Positions 53,201-64,000 of a stretch of 64,000 bases of DNA are shown piece by piece; positions within the stretch are counted from its first letter, which is position 1, and each line of letters begins with the position of its first letter. Source of the DNA: Macrostomum lignano. Lineage: Eukaryota. The notes beneath the pieces were generated by a model. It saw nothing but the letters and a program-made list of their open reading frames with translations, was not told the DNA's origin and made no database searches. The position numbers and the translations under genes are program-made. The DNA is taken from NCBI GenBank assembly GCA_002269645.1, contig NIVC01000061.1, forward strand, positions 992,001 through 1,056,000, written 5' to 3'.

Positions 53201-55949
53201 CAAGCCGAGCGTCACGCAGGACCGGCCGCTCAGCAGAGTCTGCGGCCGGTAGGTGGTCCAGCTGGGAGCCCCGATGTACACCGTGCCGCGGAACACCGTC
53301 ATGATGAGGAAGATCAGCTCTTTGCTGCCCGGCCCGCAAACCACGCCATCGGGCGTGAAAATGTCCGGATCGAGCTGGTCGAGCCGGCGGTGAAATTCCG
53401 ACACGGCCTGGCGAAGCTCCGGGATGCCGCAGGCTGGCAGGTAGCGACCGTCGGCTGCGTGCTGCCGGAGGCTGTCCACGGCAGGCTGTGGTATGGGGAA
53501 GGGCGACTGGCCGAAGCCCAGGTTGACGATCGGCTCGCCAGCGCGTTGGCGCGCTCGAATGACGTCGTTTTGCGACAGGTTGCTGGCCGGCGAGTAGGCG
53601 CCGAGCTCAGGCCGAAGCAGGCTCTGCGAGCAGGGTTGCCGGGTTGAGCTGTTTTTTGAAGCCCAATAAATGTGCATCCATGTTTTTGTTTGGAAGGGGA
53701 TACGCACTCTTGCTTTTCCTCGACATTGATGGTGCTTTCAACGAGCATCTCACCTGCTGGATCATGTACATGGTCTCCCATTGTACTGCCACCTCGCACC
53801 TCCTGGGACACTCCCGCCCTGTGGAGGGCCAGAAAGGCGGACCGAAAGGTATAGTCCTCACGCCGATTCTCTGGAACTTGGTCGATCATGGACGAGCTGC
53901 TCTGCAGCCCGTATCCGGATCCGGTTCAGGTCGGTTACGTGGACGATGTTACCGCCACTGTGGCTTGACCATCACCCACGTTTCTCAGAGACCTCCTCCA
54001 AGCCTTCATTTACCGTGCCGAGCGCTGGGCACACGGCTGCGGTCTCAGGTTCTCTAAGTCTAAAACCGTCTCTATCGTGTTCACCTGCCGCCGAAACTGG
54101 AGGATCGAACCGCTCTCCCTCTATGGCAAACCCGTTGCCATGGAGAAACAAACCAGATGTCTGGGCCTCACTCTCGACCACAGGTTGAGCTGGACCCCAC
54201 ACGTCCAAACCAAAGCCCGCAAAGCTCTCGCGACTATCGCGCAGACCCGCAGAGCTTTCGGCGCCACCTGGGGCCTCACCCCCCGCCGCCTCTGGGGGAT
54301 TTACACTGCCATTGTTAGACCGGCCATCTTCGCCGGCTTCATCTGGAACAGTGCCCTTGGGGTGAAAGGGGTTCTTGAAGCTCTTAACAGGGTGCAAGGC
54401 CGCGCTTGTCGAGCTTTGAGCAAGTGTGCATTGCTAATTAAACTAAAAATTATTCAATGCGCCAGCTACATGTACAAATGAATGAATTATTTCAATTTTA
54501 GCTCGTAATTACCCGTCGGAGGTGGACTCAGCCATATATGCTTCGGCACTGATCACGAGCGCGGCTCCCTCTACGCTTTTTGCTGGCATGAACTCCTTCC
54601 TGGACATTTCCCCTCGACCTCTTTGTCAGAGGGGAGGCAATGAAGACCACCCGCCGTCTACTTGACGCGGGTGTCCAAATCCAGAAGCAGTTCGCCTTCA
54701 GAAAGCGGAACCTCCGGCCGCACGGCGACCTCAGCCTGCGAGACCTGGAAGCAGCGGGAGGCCTGCTGACCCTCTCGGACGGAATCCCGTCCACGCTCTG
54801 CTCTCCGCTCAAATTCAAAACAGCATTCCACCACGTCATGAAGCAAGGGACAACTGGAAATCCCATGAAATCCACTGCTTCACTGACGGGTCCCAAATCA
54901 ACTCCGCCTCTGGCTACGGCTGCTGCATCGTGTCTGGAGGGAGAACTGTGGCGACCTTCTCCCAGCACACCGGCACCTACTCCACCGTCTTCCAGAACGA
55001 AGTTCTCGCCATCTGCTCCTGTGCCACGGAGCTGTACAATCAGCGCGTCTGGGGGAAGGAGATTACCCTCCACTCGGACAGTGAAACGGCGATCCACACC
55101 CTTGAGCGCACCACCACCTCCTCACATACGGTCCTCACGCGTTGGGCAGCTTAACCGCTTAGACGCCTCTAACAAGATGTCCCTGTGGATCCCCGGGCAC
55201 TCGGACCACCCCAGCAATGAGTTGGCCGATTGCCTGGCCAAGGATGGCCCGACCGGTTCTTTTACTGGTCCCTGCCTGTGGCCCCCACCCCCACCGCCGT
55301 TGTCACCACTCGGATCAACCAGTGGGTGGCTCAAACCACAAGGAAAGGTGGTCTTACGCCCCAGACTGCCAGCAATCCCGCGCGGCTGTCCCATGTCCTT
55401 CCCCCACCCTCCACAGGGCCCTGCTTGGACTCAACCGCAGGGGCATCAGGGCGGTGACCATGGCCCTTTCGGGTCATGGCTGTTTGCCAGGCATCGCCAC
55501 TTCCAGGGAATATCCGTAGCGAAGAATTTTCCGATGGCTAATCATCTAGGGTTTTTGGCGAAACACTATTGTGCTCAGAATAGTTTTTGCACTTTAATCG
55601 AAGATTTTCAAGGCCAATATAATCGATTCTTAATTAAAATTTGCTAGTGCACAGGTTTCTGAGACAGTCTGAATACATGCACATGTAATCACATCTCAAT
55701 GAATGGCAATTGCAAGAATTAATGGTTTCAAAAAACGTGATGTACTCAATTACCCTATCTACAATTAAGATTTAACAGATAGTCTCCCACATCCTGATGC
55801 AATGCTGCTCAAAATGACTGAAGCGCAGTCTACACAGCAAAGCATGCAATCGTACGAGGTAAACTACTCACAGCGCCAAAATCCTCAAGCCAAGGACTCG
55901 TCAGTCCGTCCATTCCGGTGTTTGCACTTTTACCGTCCTCAGTCGGCAT
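50258..55949 (-). CDS. Class I PLP-dependent aminotransferase, bacterial aspartate-aminotransferase (subgroup Ib)-like, spliced
   Basis: Confident exons are about 53623-53082, 51867-51423 and 50587-50258, with matching phases. A tentative first exon lies at 55949-55872. Motifs: [61 protein letters not shown] (PLP lysine), [13 protein letters not shown]. Confidence 0.88.
51935..53105. repeat. 41-bp tandem array (about 27 copies) made from an exon end and its splice donor
   Basis: The minus-strand unit is AACCCTACGGG(A/G)CAGGTGTACAG(C/A)GA|GTGAGTCAC.CT(A/G)GT. The first copy is the true end of the aminotransferase exon. Confidence 0.97.
53660..55510 (+). mobile_element. 5'-truncated decayed LINE with RT C-terminus and RNase H (LOA/R1/I-like)
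   Basis: RT motifs: [50 protein letters not shown]. RNase H motifs: [38 protein letters not shown]. It lies antisense in the aminotransferase 5' intron. Confidence 0.9.
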
Positions 55950-56204
55950 CGCTTGGTTTTTGATTATTTTCGGCTGTTTTGCCTTTAATTAAAGTACTGT
56001 TTCAACCTTTTTTAATGCGCATTTCTGAAGAGTGTTCGAATGAGAAAAAATAAACGCACGCAGAGATAGTACATATAACTGCGCGTTGCAATAGGTCTTA
56101 TAGATAAGAAAAACTGGCCTTAACTCTCAGATAAGCCGCAAAGCTTTATTTAAAGAATTTGTTGAACTCCCAACTTGTAACCAATTTTTACGTCAAAATT
56201 GACT

Positions 56205-56655
56205 TTATTCAGCACATTTGCGTGTAGGCTACTTTCAGTTCAGTAGCAAGGCAATCCAAGGCACAATTACTGGCTCCTACCCCCAAGGATGATGTATTAA
56301 CAAGTTGTTATATATCATCCTTGCTTACCCCCCCCCCCGCCAGCCTGAACCCTCCAACTGCGCCTTTCCACTCTACCCCCCAACCCCGCCCCAATTTTTA
56401 TTGCCTTTTCCCGGAATTCCAAGCCTAAAGCTGCCATGTACATATCAGTGGACTGGCCAATGTACATTATTGCTGAACCAATTAGCAAGTTGTTTACGCC
56501 TGCAAGCTTGGGCTTCTTAACTTATCAGTCATTTCAGCTGCCTTTATTTTATAAAATAGCTTATGTATTCTTCTTTGCTACTGAACTGAAAGTAGAGAGC
56601 TGTTTTACTAAGTATATGTGCCTAAGTGGCCTATCTAGTTATTTTAGTATCTGTG
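56205..56655. mobile_element. Truncated inverted copy of the 15893-16329 MITE
   Basis: The interior is a diverged reverse complement of 15940-16090. The right end is GTGGCCTATCTAGTTATTTTAGTATCTGTG. The outer part of the left TIR is missing. Confidence 0.75.
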
Positions 56656-57269
56656 GAGAATTTTGACTTGAATTTACGAGTAATGCCTGGTATGGCCTAG
56701 CTTCCCTGCATCATAAGCTACTGTCACTACTAAGCTACCCAGCAGTAGTAGTAGAAGCAGCATTAAGCAAGAAAAACTGGCAATAAAAATTAATGAAATT
56801 TAATTTGCTCGTAGAATGATCGACAGGTAAATTTATTTTAAACGGCTGACAAAATTATTAAATTTAATAGTTTTTGTTTATTATAATAGGCTTAGTAACT
56901 ATTTGATTTCGAGAGTGACGGTGAATTATTTTAACGTCAAAGAAAGCATATTTGATAGTTAATTATTGTTATTTAGATGATAAATAAGAAACTACACTAT
57001 ACATTAAAACTAAAACAGGATTCTTAAAAACGAGCGCACAGTCCAATCGTCATCATTATCATATTATAATAACCAAATTATTTTTCCATGACAAACGAAC
57101 CGCGGGAACAGGAGGGAATCTCAAATAAATAATATTCATATTGTTTAATTCTGCTTAAGTTGCCCATCGTGCACAGGAAAAGGCGAATAATGTCATCTTT
57201 AGAGTGTTCGTTTGTACATACCGACACAACATGGCTGACAGGGCGGCTGGCAATGACCAAGTTAGTCAG

Positions 57270-57735
57270 AGGGGCAGTTACTCAGTGGGTCAAGGTTAGA
57301 TTAGTTGATAGGTCATTGGGTCACTCTATGAGTCAGTTATTGGGTCACAGCACCAGTAGGTCAATGGGTCATTGGGTCACGAGTTCAGTACGGGTTCAGT
57401 AGGTCAGTGGGTCAGTTATTAGGTCAAAGCATCAGTAGGTCAGTGGGTCACGGGTCATGGCCCACGTGGGTCATGGGTTCAGTAGGTCAGCGGGTCAGTT
57501 ATTGGGTCACAGCATCAGTAGGTCAGTGGGTCACGGCCCACGTGGGTCATGGGTTCAGAAGTTCAGTCATTGGGTCACGGGTTTAGTAGGTCAGTGGGTC
57601 AGTCATTGGGTCACAGCATCAGTAGGTCAGTGGGTCAGTCATTGGGTCACAGCATCAGTAGGTCAGTGGGTCAGTCATTGGGTCACAGCATCAGTAGGTC
57701 AGTGGGTCAGCCAGCGCCCCAGCCACGCCAGCCAG
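57270..57735. repeat. Degenerate GGGTCA-rich repeat (about 37-bp unit) just 3' of the UBE2D stop
   Basis: Unit GGTCAGTGGGTCAGTCATTGGGTCACAGCATCAGTA and variants. Confidence 0.9.
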
Positions 57736-57739
57736 TGGG

Positions 57740-60265
<2,526 letters not shown>

Positions 60266-61086
60266 CTACAGTTGGGACCACAAGTGCTGGAAGGTGAGCA
60301 TTTTTAAGATTACATTGTGCCAAAAATTGCCAAAAAACATCTGAAAATATTGTAATTGTAACTTAATTTTTTACTTAAATTAAGGCCTAAGTTCAAAAAC
60401 TGTGTTGCAAAAATAGTAGGAATTTCTTAGAAAAGTATAATTTTATTAGAAAATACAATTACCTATATATACAAAACACTGGGCCTACTAAAAACAAGCA
60501 TAAAGAAGGAAGAAGTAACCTATTTATTTAAATCTTAAAAGCTAATTAATTAGCAATAGCATTAATTAGCAGATGCAGCACAAACTTACAATTATTTTTG
60601 TTCTTTTGTTATATCTTTGGTCTCATTGGCATTGTCATTAATACTAAATGATGAATTTGTTTTTAACTCACTTTTGTAGCCAATGGCCAATATTGCAGAT
60701 AGCATCTAGCATAGATTGGTACAAGTACTTAGCAATGTGGGCATAGTCAAGCATGCTAATAAAGTCTAGCACAAAAAAGAGGGCATCCACAGTGGCAGGA
60801 GTGAGGCATAGCCTTTGGGCCACACAATTTTTAAAGACACTTGTCTAAACATTATTTATAAGTGCTAAAAACCATTAGGCATAATAGTAATTAAAAATGT
60901 TGAAAAAATTTAATTGTTTTACCTTTACTTCTTTTGTATCTTCTATCTTGCATTAGCGAGGAAAAATCTAGGCCATTCACCAAATTGAAATTTGGGCCAC
61001 TAAATAAAAAATTGAGCATTCAAGCCATTAAAGCATTTGCCTTCTTATTTGAACCTATACCTAGGCATCTAATGTATTTTAGACTT

Positions 61087-61415
61087 CATACATGCGCAAC
61101 CTCCAAAATTTGGTTGGCCATGCGACTTAGTTTCAACAAAAATGCGACGTAGTTTTTTGGCCAAAAATGCAACTTACCGAAAATCCGCAACTTGCCTCTC
61201 CAGCCGCCCTAAAATTGGCATCAGCATACATGTAAAAAAACCTAAAGCAAAATTAACACAACTTTGGGTAAACGACAGGAGTAACTATGACTGTCTTATT
61301 AAATCAAAATGCCTCATCAGCTACTTAGTACTACTACTTTGGTAGCAACTTCCTTGATTGGCCACCAAATTGGTTGGCCAAATCGGCCAACTCGGCCGAC
61401 TGTTGCACATGTATG
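61087..61415. mobile_element. CATAC-terminus MITE
   Basis: Reverse-oriented relative of 40128-40426, with a perfect TSD TTAGACTT. Confidence 0.9.
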
Positions 61416-62057
61416 TTAGACTTTGGTTGCAAAAGGGCAAAATTATTGATGCAAATTTTCTTAACTAATCTGTTAATGCACAAAATCTTAATGACAAACT
61501 AATAATGTTGATAAAAAGTCTTAATGCTTTTTAATAATCTATGATTAATGCTTATTTAACAGATTTAGTAACTAGTGCCCAATATAGAATACATGCGCAA
61601 CTACTGGCCAACCTGGCTAATCCACTATAAATTGTGATAGACCAGGGGTAAGTTACAAAAATGCCCACCCAAAGGAATACAGAGGTAGCACTAATTAGAT
61701 GATAAGATAAATTAGTGGAGTCATAGTTACTCCTGCCATTTACCTAAAATTGTGTTAATTTTTTGGATTTCTTTCACAGGTAAGTTGCATTTTAGGTCAA
61801 AAAGTAAGTTGCATAGCCTACACTCAGGATGATGCCATTTTGTCTAAAATTCCAGTGCACAGAAGCCTTTTAGTTCAATACATTGATGCAAGTGGCACAG
61901 TTGCAATGCAAGGCAACATAGAATAGGCTGCATAATCTTTAAAATGTAGCATATCAAATATAAAAAAGATAAAAAATGTATATTTAAATTCAAAATCTAT
62001 TGGACTAATATCAAAAAACTTTTTAGCACTTAAATGCAACATTTTAATCTTAAATTA

Positions 62058-62956
62058 TAGTCTTCTGCCATAGCTTTATCTATGGCTACAGGATCCTATG
62101 GCAAATATGGTAAAATAGGCGCCTATGGCAGCTATGGATACGCCTATGGTAGCTAGCTGCTCTTATGGCTACAACTACAGAAATGTAGTAGTTGCTATCA
62201 CATACATGCGCAACCCACCTGATTTACACTGGCCATGCGACTTACTTTTAGACCAAAAATGTGACTTACCTATAAAAGAAACCCTAACACAATTTTGGGT
62301 AAACACCAGGAGTAACTATGACTGTCTTATAAGGGCTAAATGCCTCGTCATCTAATTAGTACTACGTTTGTATTCTTTAGGCTGGCCATTTTTGCGACTT
62401 ACCCCTGGTCCACCACAATTTACGGTGGCCAGATTGGCCAGGTCGGCCAGCAGTTGCGCATGTATGTGCTATCATATTCTGTAGATTCCCATAGCTGTAG
62501 TTCTTAATTTAAAAAATTGAAAAAAATATTATAAAGAAATAGAGTAAAACAAAGATACTTTAGTAAACTTTATTATCAACTTAGAAACTTAAAGAAAATA
62601 CCTAATAAAGTACAATAAAACACTAGCAAACTCTAATTTTCATTAATGTGAAAAAGTTCTGCATTAGTACTTTCAGTAGCAATTAAGTATTGTTGCTTTG
62701 TAAAAAGATAAAATATAATCTTACAAAGGCAATCACGTGTTTCTTTTATTTTTAACTTAATTTGCAGTTGTTTAAGCACAAGGTTATTTTCTTGATTCAA
62801 AATAGTTTATTTTTTAGACTTTATATTAAAACTATGGCTACAGCTATAGGAACTACAGGAATATGGTCCCTATGGCTATGGAATATGGAGAATTGAAATA
62901 AGCCATAGTTTTGCTTACGGCTATAGTACATGGATCCTCTTTATGGCAGAACACTA
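62058..62956. mobile_element. TAG-terminus TIR element (hAT-like)
   Basis: Termini TAGTCTTCTGCCATA...TATGGCAGAACACTA, flanked by TTAAATTA/TTAAATTT (7/8). The interior has many CTATGG/CCATAG motifs. Confidence 0.55.
62201..62466. mobile_element. CATAC-terminus MITE, compact copy
   Basis: Perfect 14-bp termini and a perfect TSD TGCTATCA. Confidence 0.92.
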
Positions 62957-63772
62957 TTAAATTTTTTTTATTGTCTACATTATTTTAATTTTCTTAAAAT
63001 TTAATAATGTTTATTATTAAAAACATCTATGATATTAGAAAAAGTACATTTATTGCTAATAAAAAATTGAGTATTTTTGGCGCAAGGTAAATCTGCTTTT
63101 TGGCACACAGCACATATATCTTTTTTATCTAAAAATATTCTAGTACATAGTTGACATGATCTTGCCTATGGTGCATAGCCAGTATAAATCAAGGGCATTG
63201 CCCCATGTATAGTGCCTAAGGCTAATATTGCCTAAGACTGCCTAAGACTAAAGGTAAAAAAATAAGCCCTTTTTAATAAATTATTTATGCCTACTACTAG
63301 AATAGTTCAATGACAATAGGCATAACTTTATCAAACAGAATCAAAAAATAAAAAGGACTAGATATATGTTATAATTATAACATGTCCTTGACCTTAAATT
63401 AACTAAGTTGAGAAGCATATATGCACTGCTAAACTGAATACAATATCTTAAGATAATACATTTTAGGCCTAATGCTAGGTTTTTTAGCTAAATGGGTACC
63501 ATGGAATCTCAAAATTTTATTTGGCACCTTGAATTTGGACCCATTGGCCATAGTGCTAAAGAAGTGAATATATATTTTTATAGGCCCTAATAGAATCTTT
63601 TATTTTTGTGCCTTTTATATATTTTTAAATTATATTCTCAAATTAGACCTTAGTCATAGACTTTAGACAATTTTGCATTTTAGGCCTAATTCTAGCAAAA
63701 AAGAAAAAACCTACCTTAGATCTAGACTAGGTTTTTTTATGCAATAATATTCCAATAGATAGCAATGCTATA

Positions 63773-63957
63773 TATGCTTGGGCACAACCTAGGGATTCAT
63801 CTGGCCATTCTATTGGTAACACACACACACACACACACACATGTAGGTTGCTATTAGATAGAATAGTAGTCACATAACTGCTCTCAGCCAATAGCGACTT
63901 ACATGTCTATGTTGCCAATAGAAATAGCCAAGTGATTCCCAATGTTGTGCATATATG
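63773..63957. mobile_element. About 185-bp MITE (second family)
   Basis: Homologous to 40937-41117, with a perfect TSD ATGCTATA and a small (CA)n expansion inside. Confidence 0.85.
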
Positions 63958-64000
63958 ATGCTATAGGCCCTATAATATCTTGACTTTCCAAATCCAATTC

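Larger units (their letters stand above)
61583..63211. mobile_element. CATAC-family MITE split by a 1.35-kb insertion
   Basis: The left part is 61583-61818 and the right end is 63172-63211. The TSD is GTGCC(C/T)AA. The insert at 61819-63171 is flanked by a TGCATAGCC direct repeat. Confidence 0.7.

Overview
Eukaryotic animal DNA with no prokaryotic features. GC-rich exons, GT-AG introns and a very dense load of minisatellites suggest a flatworm such as Macrostomum (inference). Five spliced genes can be assembled by hand. (1) A 16-exon kainate-like ionotropic glutamate receptor, minus strand, 5169-21876, about 1029 aa. (2) A 2-exon gene with a GPRIN-type C-terminal domain, minus strand, 30066-32341. 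(3) UBE2L3-like E2, plus strand, 35702-47685, with an 11.3-kb first intron. (4) A bacterial-type class I PLP aminotransferase, minus strand, about 50258-55949. (5) UBE2D-like E2, minus strand, 57740-60196. There is also an orphan iGluR M4-like exon at 1627-1938. Mobile DNA is abundant and its boundaries can be fixed by target-site duplications (TSDs). It includes a dead Chapaev-like transposon (37854-44191, TSD AAGG) holding a Mutator-like element and nested MITEs, a P-like family (8-bp TSD, THAP remnant), two further 8-bp-TSD MITE families, and three decayed LINEs. More than 30 tandem arrays are present. One of them is about 27 copies of an exon end plus its 5' splice site.
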